From Octopus sinensis (lineage: Eukaryota), in assembly GCF_006345805.1 (NCBI RefSeq), contig NW_021835684.1, positions 1-39,298 on the forward strand: DNA of 39,298 bases, in the 5' to 3' direction. A program made the translations under genes and the position numbers. This document shows positions 1-11,580 of the stretch, piece after piece. A model generated the notes under the pieces. That model was not told the DNA's origin, searched no databases, and saw only the letters and a list, made by a program, of their open reading frames with translations. Numbering within the stretch: position 1 is the stretch's first letter; every line of letters starts with the position of its first letter.

Positions 1-371
1 ACGATTTTAAACAGTTGCAATTTTCAGACCAGCAACACTCAGCCCAGTGCCTTAGTCATCTGCATCCCCTCTTGCCACTGTCCACTTTACAGGGTCACAG
101 ATGACCTGGCAATTTGGTGGTGGTGGAAGCGAGGGTGTTTGAGAGAGATAAAACAGGAAGGGTAGAGGTCATGTGACCAGCTCTGTACTTAAGAATTGGT
201 GGAAGTGCCTGGGAGAAAGAAAACATGGTCATGGGGGATGTTGAAGGGGAGGGGTTCTTTTGTGTTTTTTTTAGGTTAAGCACAGACACACACACATACA
301 CACACACACAGATGAATGTGTAGATGAAGGGCCCTCCTCAATCACTGGACAATGAGGATTCAGTTGTCTGT

Positions 372-610
372 CTTCTACTTGCTTCAACCGTTGGACTGTG
401 GCCATGCTGGGGCACCACCTTGAAGCATTTCAGTGGAACAAATCAACCCCCAGGGCTTATTCTCTCCTTTCTCTCTTGTTTTCAAAGTCTGGTATTGTAT
501 TCTATCCATAACTTTTGCTGAACCACTAAGTTATTGAGACATAAACCAACACCGGCTATCAAGTAATGGTGGTGGGGTACAAACGCAAACACAAAGATGC
601 ACACACACAC
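372..610 (-). mobile_element. SINE family A, 3' half, diverged
   Basis: Reverse complement of the family A tail (actgtggccatgctggggcaccacc...ttttgctgaaccactaagttat...caacaccggctatcaag), matching the intact copies at 1857, 8476 and 21384. Confidence 0.7.
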
Positions 611-689
611 ACAAAGATGCTGTAGGTCTCCTTTGTTAAAAGGGATCTTAGTTTGGAGAGTTATATAGTAACCTCACTGGTGCTGGTGC

Positions 690-880
690 CACATAGAAAT
701 ATTCAGTACACTCTTTAAAGAGGCTGACATTAGGAAGGGCATCTGACCATAGAAACCATGTCGAAACAGATGTTGGGACACAAGGCAGTCTTTTGGACCA
801 GTCAGGTTTCTGTGAAGCCATCCAATCTATGCCTGCATGGAAAATGAGCATTAAAAGATGATGGTGATGCTGATGATCAC
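690..880 (+). mobile_element. Repeat module C (SINE/LINE-type 3' tail), diverged
   Basis: Contains ttaggaagggcatctgaccatagaaac...catggaaaatgagcattaaaagatgatg, matching the copies at 1284 and 2986, and ends in (GAT)n. Confidence 0.65.
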
Positions 881-1283
881 ACATGCATATATACATAAAT
901 AGATTAGAATTCTACAAATAATAATAATAATAATAATAATGATGATTGGTGAGTTTGATTTAGTGAGTGAATACCTTGGTGACAATCTGGAAGAAAAGTG
1001 AGGTTCTCAAAAACAGAACTCAACCAGTAAAAATATTACAAAGACAATCTATCAGTAGAACGGTAAAAACATGGAAGATTTTTCTTAATTTCAAAATGTG
1101 ATTTTTTGGGTTATTTTTTTTTTTGCTATCTACATTTCAATGATGGAGCTTTGTATCTTTGTTAGAAACCAGCTCCTTCCTCACTGGAAGATTTCAATAA
1201 TTGAAAATAGAAGAGAGCGAACCAATGAATGTACACACACACACACACACACATTAATTGAAGTGTACAGTATTATATATATA

Positions 1284-1560
1284 CCTGGCCGTTGCGAGCC
1301 TGGCCTGGCCTCCGTGCCGGTGGAATGTAAAAAGCACCCTCCGATCGTGTCCGTTTGCCAGCCTTGTCTGGCACCTGTGCCGGTGGCACATAAAAAGCAC
1401 CCACTACACTCATGGAGTCGTTGGTGTTAGGAAGGGCATCCAGCCATAGAAACATTGCCAGATAAGACTGGGCCTGGTGCAGCCTTCTGGCTTCCCAGAC
1501 CCCAGTTGCACCATCCAACCCATGCCAACATGGAAAGTGGACGCTAAACGATGATGATGA
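1284..1560 (+). mobile_element. Repeat module C with internal duplication of gtgccggtggcac(g/a)taaaaagcacc
   Basis: gttggtgttaggaagggcatccagccatagaaac...catggaaagtggacgctaaacgatgatgatga; (GAT)n tail typical of a retroposed 3' end. Confidence 0.75.
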
Positions 1561-1624
1561 TATGGGTGATGTAACCAAGTGGTTTCACATTGGGGCCTCA
1601 ACAGGATGTTAGGTGACAGCCTGA

Positions 1625-1828
1625 TTATGTAACCCTGTGCTTTTCAGTCATTTGTGTGACAAGGTCAACCCTTTGAAAGACAAGTACAACTAATTTCTAC
1701 CAGCTGAGTGGATTGGAGTAACGTGAAATAAAGTGTCTTGCTCAATGACACAATGCGTTGCTAGGAATGAACTCATGACCTTACAATCGTGAGCCAAATA
1801 CTCTAACCGCTAAGCTGTGTGCCTTCAC
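1625..1828 (-). mobile_element. SINE family E (tRNA-like head plus tgtgtccttgagcaagacactt central domain)
   Basis: Reverse complement matches 5688-5870: cagctgagtggattggag...aaataaagtgtcttgctcaatgacacaa...gagccaaatactctaaccgctaagc. Confidence 0.7.
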
Positions 1829-1856
1829 AGAAGATATGACATCCATGAAAAGAAAA

Positions 1857-2015
1857 GTGGCTGTGTGGTAAGTAGCTTGTTTACCAACCACATGGCTCCG
1901 GGTTCAGTCCCACTGTGTGGCACCTTGGGCAAATGTCTTCTACTATAGCCTCGGGCCGACCAAAGCCTTCTGAGTGGATTTGGAAACTGAAAGAAGCCCG
2001 TTGTATATATGTATG

Positions 2016-2057
<42 letters not shown>

Positions 2058-2062
2058 GTATG

Positions 2063-2108
<46 letters not shown>

Positions 2109-2348
2109 GTGTGTGTGCGTGTATGTTTGTGTTTGTCGTGTTTGTCCCCCTAGCATTGCTTGAACAATGATGGTGGTGTGTTTTATGTCCCCGTTACTTA
2201 GCGGTTCGGCAAAAGAGACCGATAGAATAAATACTGGGCTTACAAAAGAATAAGTCCCGGGGTCGAGTTGCTCGACTAAAGGCGGTGCTCAAGCATGACT
2301 GCAGTCAAATGACTGAAACAAGTAAAAGAGTAAAAGAGTAAAAGAGTA
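1857..2348 (+). mobile_element. SINE family A, full length (tRNA-like head, internal (TA)n(TG)n, (GTAAAAGA)n tail)
   Basis: Box A-like tggctgtgtggt and box B-like gggttcagtccc; body near-identical to 3752, 8476 and 21384; tail gaaacaagtaaaagagtaaaagagtaaaagag. tRNA-derived SINEs are known from octopus, but I cannot assign the published family name. Confidence 0.9.
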
Positions 2349-2640
2349 CTTACTTTTTACGGTTAAATCTGCTGCGATGCCTTGTTTAAAGGAGAAGACA
2401 TTCCACTTCAAAGACGACGAGTTTCGGAATTCCTTGTATTTGTAATTAGTCTCAATAGACCAGTTTCGTACTAACATTCAGTCACCGGGTCTCTCCTACA
2501 TCCAGGAGGTAATGTTAATACCTGTAATGAAATTGGGGAACACACCGTTATCACTGTGTATCAGTTCACTGCCACCACAACAACAACAACAATCATTATC
2601 TCCGATAAGCCTACCAAAAAAGAGTTTATAAACATGAAAA

Positions 2641-3278
2641 TGCAGGTGTGAGTGTGTGGTTAAGCAACTTGCTTCCCAACCATGTGGGTTTTGGGTTCAG
2701 TTCCACTACAAAGCACTTTGGGGCAAGTGTCTTCTGCTTTAGCTCCAGACTGACCAATGCCTTGTGAGTGCATTTTCCATATGGAAACTGTGTGGAAGCC
2801 CATCACATATACATGTGTGTGTTGTGGGTGTGTGTGTGTGTGTGTTGTGTGTGTGTGTGCATATCTGAGTTAGTACTTCATCACAGCTTGACAACTAGTG
2901 TTGATTTGTTTACATCCTCATAACTTAGTAGTTTGGCAAAAGAGACTGATAAAATAGGGACTTGAGTGAAAAACAGTGTGTGTGTGCCGGTGGCACGTAA
3001 AAAGCACCATCCAATCGTGGCTGTTGCCAGCCTTGCCTGCCCCCCGTGCCAGTGGCACATAAAAAGCACCATCCGATTGTTGCCGTTTGCCAGCCTCGTC
3101 TGGCACGTAAAAAGCACCCACTACACTCACGGAGTGGTTGGCGTTAGGAAGGGCATCCAGCTGTAGAAACACTGCCAGATCAGACTGGAGCCTGGTGCAG
3201 CCTCCTGGCTTCTCAAACCCCGGTCGAACCGTCCAACCCGTGCTAGCGTGGAAAATGGACGTTAAACAATGATGATGA
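2641..3278 (+). mobile_element. Chimeric repeat: family A head and body joined to a module C tail
   Basis: gtgtggttaagcaacttgcttcccaacc head, then ttggcaaaagagactgataaaata, then three copies of tggcac(g/a)taaaaagcacc and gttggcgttaggaagggcatccagctgtagaaac...gttaaacaatgatgatga. Confidence 0.75.
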
Positions 3279-3309
3279 TATATATACACACACACACACT
3301 CTTCAAAAG

Positions 3310-3600
3310 TCAGGACGGTCATGGTTAGAATGCCTTAGCTTATAGGTCTGCTCAATTAGGATTGACCTAGGGATAAACAACAACAGTGACAACCACATGC
3401 TTTTCTCACAGTTGTCAATCAGCATGTGTGTTAGTGATTCATGAAAAGTATTGGAGTTCAATTATACAGTAAAAATCAGCCATGCATGACACCACATCAC
3501 ATGTTGTATTTATTTAACACAAGCCAATGGGAGGAACCATTATGAGGTTACTAGGTTTGTGAGAAATAGCAGCTGATTCTCCCACACGATACACCATATT
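3310..3600 (+). repeat. Fragments of an unclassified dispersed repeat
   Basis: Motifs ggacggtcatggttagaatgcc and gaaatagcagc recur at about 4760-4890, 23540 and 24048. Confidence 0.45.
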
Positions 3601-3751
3601 GTGGACAAGCTGGATAACACAGACCTAATTATTCTACAACTGAATAATCAGTGATGGCCATGATTGGAATGGTGTTGATCAAAAAGGTCTACAAACATAT
3701 GTAGCTTATATACATAATATATGCTTGCATACACACACACACATAGATATA

Positions 3752-4156
3752 GGCATAGGAGTGGCAGTGTGGTAAGTAGCTTGCTTACTAACCACATGGT
3801 TCCGGGTTCAGTCCCACTGCGTGGCACCTTGGGCAAATGTCTTCTACTTTAGCCTCAGGCCAACCAAAGCCTTATGAGTGGATTTGGTAGACGGAAACTG
3901 AACGATGCCCGTCGTATATATGTATATGTATATATATGTGTGTGTGTATGTTTGTGTGTTTGTGTTTGCCCCCACCCCCATTGCTTGACAACCGATGCTG
4001 GTGTGGTTACGTCCCCGTAACTTAGTGGTTCGGCAAAAAGAGACCGATAGAATAAGTACTAGGCTTACAAAGAATAAGTCCTGGGGTCGATTTGCTCGAC
4101 TAAAGGCAGTGCTCCAGCATGGCCACAGTCAAATGACTGAAACAAGTAAAGAGTAA
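3752..4156 (+). mobile_element. SINE family A, full length
   Basis: ggagtggcagtgtggtaagtagcttgcttactaaccacatggttccgggttcagtccc...gtcaaatgactgaaacaagtaaagagtaa. Confidence 0.9.
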
Positions 4157-4396
4157 CCATTTTGTTCATTTGTTTAACCTGAGAGAGAGAGGGAGAGGGA
4201 GAGGGGAGGGATAAGAATGCAAAGAAGTTAGATTCCGGCCTTTGAGAAAAATTTAGGGTTTAAATGAAGCAGGAATATTTAACCATTCTTTATCAAGGAA
4301 GGCAGACTGCTGCTGTATCTTTCCTAACAGTAATCCTGAATCTTCAGATTTTGGTAAGGGGATCCATAACTGCCAACCCCAGCTGGCACAGTACAT

Positions 4397-4397
<1 letters not shown>

Positions 4398-4447
<50 letters not shown>

Positions 4448-4467
4448 CGAAGAGAGGCAGACAGAGA

Positions 4468-4501
<34 letters not shown>

Positions 4502-4515
4502 AAGACAGACAGACA
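4398..4515. repeat. (GA)n / (GACA)n microsatellite
   Basis: Direct reading of the sequence. Confidence 0.95.
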
Positions 4516-5066
4516 CAGTGAGGAAGAGAGAGTAAAGATGAAGGAAAGCCAGGGTGGTCACAAATGGAACTGATCTAAGTCTAAATGACAACAACAGACA
4601 TAAAATACAGGTTCTGGGTACATTATATGTAAGATGGGATGGTCAAGACAGGAGCTCAAGTGATCAGAGTATAACTTAATGATGGCTGACCAAGGGTTAA
4701 AGAACAACAGCAGCTACAATGTACTGTAAGGACAAGCCTCTATATAGTAATTCGACCCACTAGAAACAGCAGCCAAAGCTTTCTTAAAACAAAGAGTACA
4801 TTCTTAGAAAAGGAAGGAAGTCTTACTTGAGAAAGTCTGAAGAGACAAAAGAAAGAAAAACAAAGACAGGATGGTCACAGCTGGAACTCCCTACTTGAGT
4901 ATGGAGCAAAACAATGACATCAACATCAATAACAAGATGACATGGAATAATTAGCAATGTTGCAAGATTCCAACAGATGGGGAAAATATAGAGGGGGGGA
5001 TAAGTTGTGTGTGTGTATGTATGTATGTATATGTGTATATGTATGTATATATATTATATGTGTGTA

Positions 5067-5121
<55 letters not shown>

Positions 5122-5139
5122 TTTAATCCAAACAAGAAA

Positions 5140-5675
5140 GTACAAAAAAACACACAACAACGCGAGGACGTGGAACAAATATAGTATTATTGGACGCTCA
5201 GGAAAGAAGGAAAGATCCAGAGAAGGGAAGACAGATATATATAGTTGAAATTTACAGAAAAATAAATGACAAACACAAGTGAATGAACAACAAGCAGGTG
5301 TATTAGTTTGAAAGGGTAGAAAGGGCTCCTTAGCTGTAGTGAAGGCAATCTATCTAGGGAGATAACCTTACAATAAATCACTCGGTCCGTAGCTTAGAAA
5401 TACTGGGTTGACATCCAGTGGGAACAGCTTTGTTTCATGGAGGAGGAAAGATCTTCTTTAGTGCTTGGTTGTACAATGCTTTCCAATGTGTGTAGTAGTG
5501 GCACGCGCACACATTATTAACCATTTGAAAAGACTATGAAAGTCTCGACCATGGTCGAACAATGATGATGATTAGTTTGATGCTCAGGAACGTGGAAAAG
5601 TCTTTTACATTTCGAGCCTATGCTCTTCAACAGAAAGGCATAAGAGGAAATTAACAGAGAGAGAATAAAAATACT
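5140..5675 (-). mobile_element. Penelope-like element remnant / pseudo-LTR (putative)
   Basis: Shares segments with 11160-11340 (aaactaatacacctg, tttttctgtaaatttcaac and a 42-nt identical core). The core has the CTGnnGA-A-stem-GAAA(C/T)GT layout typical of Penelope pLTRs. A minus-strand frame at 5457-5390 reads RRSFLLHETKLFPLDVNPVFLSY, only loosely like the TLxPxGLN end of Penelope GIY-YIG ORFs. Confidence 0.45.
5602..5637 (-). ncRNA. Minimal type I hammerhead-ribozyme-like motif, copy 1 (non-canonical U at core position 6)
   Basis: Reverse complement reads CUUU-CUGUUGA-A-GAGC(AUAG)GCUC-GAAA-UGUA-AAAG. Stem I is CUUU/AAAG, stem II is GAGC/GCUC, and the predicted cleavage triplet is GUA. Confidence 0.35.
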
Positions 5676-5687
5676 TTTGGAGTTAAC

Positions 5688-5870
5688 GGTCAATCATGGC
5701 AGTGGTTAGGGCATTCGGCTCACGATTGTGGGATCACATGTTCGATTCCCGGTGGTGTGTTGTGTCCTTGAGCAAGACACTTTATTTCATGGTGCTCCAG
5801 TCCACTCAGCTGGCAAAAATGAGTTGTACCTGTATTTCAAAGGGCCAGCCTTGTAATGCTCTGCGTCTTA
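5688..5870 (+). mobile_element. SINE family E
   Basis: tggcagtggttagggcattcggctcacg...gttcgattccc head (box A/B-like), then tgtgtccttgagcaagacactttatttc...ccagtccactcagctggcaaaaatgagt. Confidence 0.75.
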
Positions 5871-7169
5871 CTATTCTTACTATTGGATAACTAATTTCAT
5901 ATTATTCATAATTTGGGTATTCATAACTTATTGGGAATTCCTAAAAACAAGATCCTGTGTAAGACAGTTCGGTATTCTCTGTAAATGCACAAAAACTGTT
6001 TTAAGGGCTACATACTTTGTATTGTTGTTATTGGATTAGCGAAACAATTATGAGAACAGAACCGAGGGATAAGCCCCGCTTACCCGATAATTACTGGGTA
6101 TGTCAGCTACTGTGTATATATATGCAAACTTTAGGTTAGTTAAAATATGTTTGTTGCATATTTCAACTTCTAAAGACAAATTCACTGCAGTTACCATGGA
6201 GAAAAAATTCTCTCTCATGGTAAAAGGTATAAAAACACCATATCTGTCTAGCACGGAATAGTGCCATCACCTGTTGGATTCTCAGATGCTGTGTTTTTAG
6301 CTCTGGGAATCTGATGGGGCAGCACTGGACAGAAAGAGAGAGAAACAGGTCAGGTGTGGCTGTGGTAAGAACATGCGCGCACACACAAACACACATACAC
6401 ACACACACACACACATACACACACACAAATGCACTGGTGGCTGTGAAGGGGTTAACAAGTTCATTTTCTAAGTCGGTGGCTTCAGGTTCAATCTGGCTGT
6501 GTGACACTTTGTGTAGATATTTCCTACTATACTCTTGGCCAGACCAATACCTTGCGAGTGGAATCTCAAAAGTATAAGGAAACTATACAGAAATGCGAGC
6601 ACACACACACACACTCAACAGAGCCACAATCTCACAGCAAACAATAATATATAAATAATGCTATCCACAAGATTCTTGCTTTGGTCGATGACCCAGCCAA
6701 TGTGGGAGGAAAGAAAAAAAAAACAGACCCCTTCCTGCCTGAAACTGACAAATATTCCTTACTTTCCTTTCCTGTTCTAAATCCCCATTTCCTTCCTGTT
6801 CTAACTCTCCTCCTCACACATTCTCTTCTTTCGAATTCTCTTTCGCTCTCTTTGTCCCACTATTTCGCCCCCCTCCCCCCACCATCACCTCCGTGACCAC
6901 GTTCCTTTCCTCCTACACAAGGCACAACAACAGAATATGTCGTTTCCTGTCTCTCACTCTGCTGTGTCTACTTATAAAGTAAGGACTTCGGAAGGACCTT
7001 CACTCATTCTGGAAACTCAGTTTGAAAAATCTTTACACGTTACCAACACACACACACACACACGTTCTATGAAATGGTGTTCATTAGGTAGCCATAAACA
7101 CATACATATTTCAATAGAATAGTGACCACCACTACTTATTTCAGCCTCTTTCTGACTGTCTCACTTATG

Positions 7170-7187
7170 GTGAAGAGGTGGTTATTG

Positions 7188-7219
<32 letters not shown>

Positions 7220-7356
7220 GAGGTGGTGGTGGTGGTGGTGGTGCTGAGAACGATTATGAACGACAACGATGGTAATGATGATGATGATAGTGACACTGCT
7301 ACTGCCACTGGTGATGATGGTGGCGGTGGTGGTGTTGGCCATACCAATGAGAGAAG

Positions 7357-7387
<31 letters not shown>

Positions 7388-7515
7388 CATACCAATGAGA
7401 GAAGTGATGATGATGCTGGTGATGCTGAGAATGATGATGATGATGGTGGTGGTGGTGGTGGTGGTGGTGATAACATTTACACTATCACTGCTGCTGATGA
7501 TGACGATGATGACAT
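7170..7515. repeat. Compound (GAT)n/(GGT)n microsatellite with a duplicated cataccaatgagagaagtgatgatg interruption
   Basis: Direct reading; the interruption occurs twice, at about 7340 and 7388. Confidence 0.9.
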
Positions 7516-7732
7516 GTTTCTTGAAGGAAAACCACACAACTAAGATTAGAAGTGACACATCATCTCTCATAACCCCCCACTGCCACCCTTCCAGCTCATT
7601 CCTTACTGAATGCATTAAGCATTAATTAGTCCTCATAATGAGTACCCCTACCATCCACACAGTCAGTTGGAGCAGGTTGGAAAGGTCTGCTAATCAAATA
7701 GGTTTTGGTAAAGATCCCTTTGAACATAGAAC

Positions 7733-7880
7733 CAGCAGTTCCCAACCACAGTCCACATGAACCTTAAGGGTCCATATAAGATTTTGTTAAAATTTATGTT
7801 CAATGAATTGTTTATATTTCTACACAAAATATTTTAATGGTTATTTTGATACAATCCTAATAATAATTTGATTAGAAAAA
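7733..7880 (+). mobile_element. Possible hAT-type MITE left end
   Basis: Starts cagcagttcccaacc, resembling the CAGTGGTTCCCAAC terminus of hAT/Charlie MITEs. No right TIR found. Confidence 0.3.
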
Positions 7881-8114
7881 TATAATTACCTTTAACCCTT
7901 TCGAAACAATACTTTGGAGTAAAGATTGGGGTGCTAGATTCCCTTGTTTAAAAATATAAGGACACAGTGGCAGAGGTGATTAAGGAATTCAAAGAAACAG
8001 GCAGTGTTTTGGATAAATCCCATTCCAGATGACCAACCCTAATGGATGAGGGTTTTGCTGGCTCCAAAAAGCCACTTCACAGTTCCATATATATCCACAC
8101 TTTACTCTGTATGG

Positions 8115-8462
8115 CAAAAATTTTGATTGCCAACCACATGGTTCTGTGTTCAGTCCCACTGCATGGCAAGCTGGGGGCATTTGCTTCAAATTATAGCTGT
8201 GGAGTGGCCACAGCCTTGGGAGTGGACTTGGTAGATGGAAACTGGAAAGAAGCCTGTTGGATATGTGCGTGTGTGCATGTGTCTTTGTCTGTCTCCAACC
8301 ACCACCTGAATACCAGAGCAACTTAGTGGATCAGCAAAAGGCGACTGATAAGATAAGTGCCAGACTTTAAGAAGAATAAAAGTACTAGGGTCAGTTGGTT
8401 TGATCAAAATTCTAGGCTGTGCTCCAGCATGACCACAGTCTAATGACTGAAACAAGTAGAAG
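8115..8462 (+). mobile_element. SINE family A, diverged
   Basis: ccaaccacatggttctgtgttcagtcccactgc...ccagcatgaccacagtctaatgactgaaacaagtaga. Confidence 0.75.
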
Positions 8463-8475
8463 ATAAACTATAAAC

Positions 8476-8886
8476 AGGCGCAGGAGTGGCTGTGTGGTAA
8501 GTAGCTTGCTTACCAACCACATGGTTCCGGGTTCAGTCCCACTGCGTGGCATCTTGGGCAAGTGTCTTCTGCTATAGCCCAGGGCCGACCAATGCCTTGT
8601 GAGTGGATTTGGTAGACGGAAACTGAAAAGAAGCCCGTTGTATATATGTATATATATAAGTGTGTGTGTATATGTTTGTGTGTCTGTGTTTGTCCCTCTA
8701 GCATTGCTTGACAACCGATGCTGGTGTGTTTACGTCCCCGTCACTTAGCGGTTCGGCAAATGAGACTGATAGAATAAGTACTGGGCTTACAAAGAATAAG
8801 TCCTGGGGTCGATTTGCTCGACTAAAGGCGGTGCTCCAGCATGGCCGCAGTCAAAATGACTGAAACAAGTAAAAGAGTAAAGAGTA
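8476..8886 (+). mobile_element. SINE family A, full length, young
   Basis: aggcgcaggagtggctgtgtggtaagtagc...actgaaacaagtaaaagagtaaagagta; CpGs retained. Confidence 0.9.
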
Positions 8887-9059
8887 TATTTAATCCAAAG
8901 AATAAGAAAACTAGTTACACAAGAAAGAACTCAATACCTTTTAGAATGTGGTATATCAATTGCTAACATTTCAACTATAAGCTCATGTGATGGTGCCAAT
9001 GTTTCAACTCACGATTTTCCTTCGGGGAGGGGAACATCTGCCCCTGGGGGAAGTCGTGA

Positions 9060-9354
9060 AATTTGAAACCGTGGCAAGCTGTAGGGTTTTACTCAAATTA
9101 TACACACACACACACACACACATATACATATAGATATATAGATATATATACACACACACACACACACAAACAAACATTTAAGCAACTTAGATACACACTC
9201 ATATACATACATAAATATATACAGACATATATGTAAGCAACTTAGTTGAATACATGTGTATATATGTGTATATTATATGTGTGTGTGTGTGTGTGTGTGT
9301 TGTGTGAAATGTGTAAGCAATCTATAAACAGACAAAACACACACATATGTATAT

Positions 9355-9389
<35 letters not shown>

Positions 9390-10417
9390 ATATGTATATC
9401 TGAGTAACCTAGAATCACAAGCACACACAAACATAATATAAGCAACAAACAAATGTACAACAGCGAAACCCTCACGCACACACACATACAGGAGTGCAGA
9501 CAGATAGCTACACACACACACACAGATATAGAGAAAAGCACAGATACATCTAGACACACACGCACACACATAGACACACACACACACACACACACACATT
9601 TGGTAGCAGAATGAAACATAATTCCACTGACAGTGAAATTATGTAGACAGAAGAATTTGACACAGCACACAGGAAACAGGACCTCCTAGCACCACCACCA
9701 CCACTGCCACCACCAACAACACCACCACCAGCATCACCAATACTGGCACTGCCACCACCTCCACCACCACTACCACCACTAATATCAATATCACCGCTGC
9801 ACCCACCACCACCACCACCACCACCAAGAGCCCCCACCGCATCACCAAATAGTACAACCACCACCATCACCACCACCATCTCCATCACCACCATTACATG
9901 CCCCACTGTCATCATCACCACCACCACCACCACCACCACCATTACCATCATCATCATCATTGGTTATACTAATTCTGTATACAGGTTAAGGGTGGAGGTG
10001 GTGGTGGGGAACGAAGTGAGACACAACTGCTGGGAAAAGTGGGTAGGGGGCGAGGAAAGTGGGGGGAGGCGATAGTGTTGGTGGTGATGGTGGTGGTGGT
10101 GGTGGCAATGGTAGTGGGGGTGGACAAGCCACAGTAATCTGATGCTCCAAACACCCACCCATAAACACCCACCCACCCTTTCCTCCCCCTTCCCCCCCAC
10201 CTCAACAGCCCCAGAAACAAAAACTACAAAAAAAATCAAACAAACAATACAGACAGACAGACAAGAGTTTGGTATGAATAGATGGAGAAGGGAGCAAGAT
10301 GAAAGGGGGGGGGGTGATGGCTGTGAGGGTACAAGGGGGGGGGGGGGCATGAGGGAGGGAGGGAGGATCAGAAGAAAAACTTGCTCCCATTTCAATAATG
10401 TAAGTGTGTGTTTTTGC

Positions 10418-10451
<34 letters not shown>

Positions 10452-10605
10452 GTGTGTGTGTTGTGTGTGTGTGTGTATGTGTGTGTGTGTCAATATATAT
10501 ATCTACATCTATATACACACACACAAACACACACATGCTTGTATGCTCATGTAATCTCAGTGTGCCTGTTGGAATAGATTGTGTGTGTGTGTGTGTTGTG
10601 TGTAC

Positions 10606-10636
<31 letters not shown>

Positions 10637-10960
10637 CCTGCTTGGCTGCATATCTGCTTAGTTGTCTCTGTCTATCTGATGTCTGATCAGTTGACAGGGT
10701 GTGTACACACACACACACACACACACCGCACACGTACACACACACACACACACACACGCACACGTACACACACACACACGCACACGTACACACACACACA
10801 CACACACACAAAGTACATTTGGATTTTACAAATAGGTGGAGGCACAGGAAAAAACTAGAGAACTCATGTTCTCAGCATGTAAAGCAGAGTCTGGAGAGGG
10901 ACACACACACACACACACACACAATCATCATCATCATCATCATAATCATCATTGTTTAAT
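9060..10960. repeat. Microsatellite-rich block: (CA)n, (TG)n, (CAC)n, (GGT)n, (CAT)n separated by short unique islands
   Basis: Direct reading; source of the poly-V/T/H ORFs in the ORF track. Confidence 0.9.
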
Positions 10961-11159
10961 GTTTGTTTTCAACACTTGGTCTAGATTTGAAAGAAACCAA
11001 TAAGCTAAAGGACCACACTAAATTCCAATAACTACTTCGCAGGGTTTCTACAGCTTGATGCCCTTTCCTAACTAATATATTATCTCCCCTTCTTCCTAGC
11101 TCTCCTGTCTAACTACCTCTGTCCAGCCAGCTGCTGTGATTGACTGCAAGCTCCAAAAG

Positions 11160-11580
11160 TCTTTTTTTTTTATTCTTTCTCTCTGTTTATTTCCTTGTGT
11201 TCCTTTCTGTTGAAGAGCATAGGCTCGAAATGTAAAAGACTTTCTCACCTTCCCAAACATTAAATTAATACACCTGGCTTTGTCTTTTGTTTTTCTGTAA
11301 ATTTCAACAATCCTGTTATTAACCATTCTTGTTTTTATTTTTGTTTTCGTTTTTTGTATTTATATTCGTCTCTGTTGCGTTTACATTCGTTCCTTCTACC
11401 AAGAAATCTAATGCTCACAGCTTAGTTTTTCCTTGGGGCTGGCCGCGTTGGAGCAAATATCAGAATTAATCAGCCAAAATTTGCTATGATGATCCAGTTT
11501 CTGACTGAAGATTAAAGGCTTCGAATGACCTGTCTGTTTTCTGTGTTTGTCCCTTTATGTATTTCACATTCTTGTTTCTT
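11160..11580 (+). mobile_element. Penelope-like element remnant / pseudo-LTR (putative), inverted relative to 5140-5675
   Basis: ctttctgttgaagagcataggctcgaaatgtaaaagacttt followed by taatacacctgg...tttttctgtaaatttcaac, as in the reverse complement of 5240-5640. The extension beyond about 11340 is uncertain. Confidence 0.45.
11203..11238 (+). ncRNA. Minimal type I hammerhead-ribozyme-like motif, copy 2
   Basis: CUUU 11203-11206, CUGUUGA 11207-11213, A, GAGC-AUAG-GCUC 11215-11226, GAAA 11227-11230, UGUA 11231-11234, AAAG 11235-11238. Confidence 0.35.

Noticed and set aside
1857-1930. tRNA-like box A/box B sequences as real tRNA genes
   Set aside because: No complete cloverleaf or acceptor stem; they are always followed by the SINE body.
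5531-5558. Perfect 14-bp palindrome tcgaccatggtcga plus an adjacent small stem
   Set aside because: It lies inside the putative Penelope-like remnant and is short enough to occur by chance; no independent support.
11500-11535. ctgaagattaaaggcttcgaatgac as a third hammerhead
   Set aside because: CUGAAGA is present, but stem II is poor and GAAA is reduced to GAAU. At best a decayed relative.
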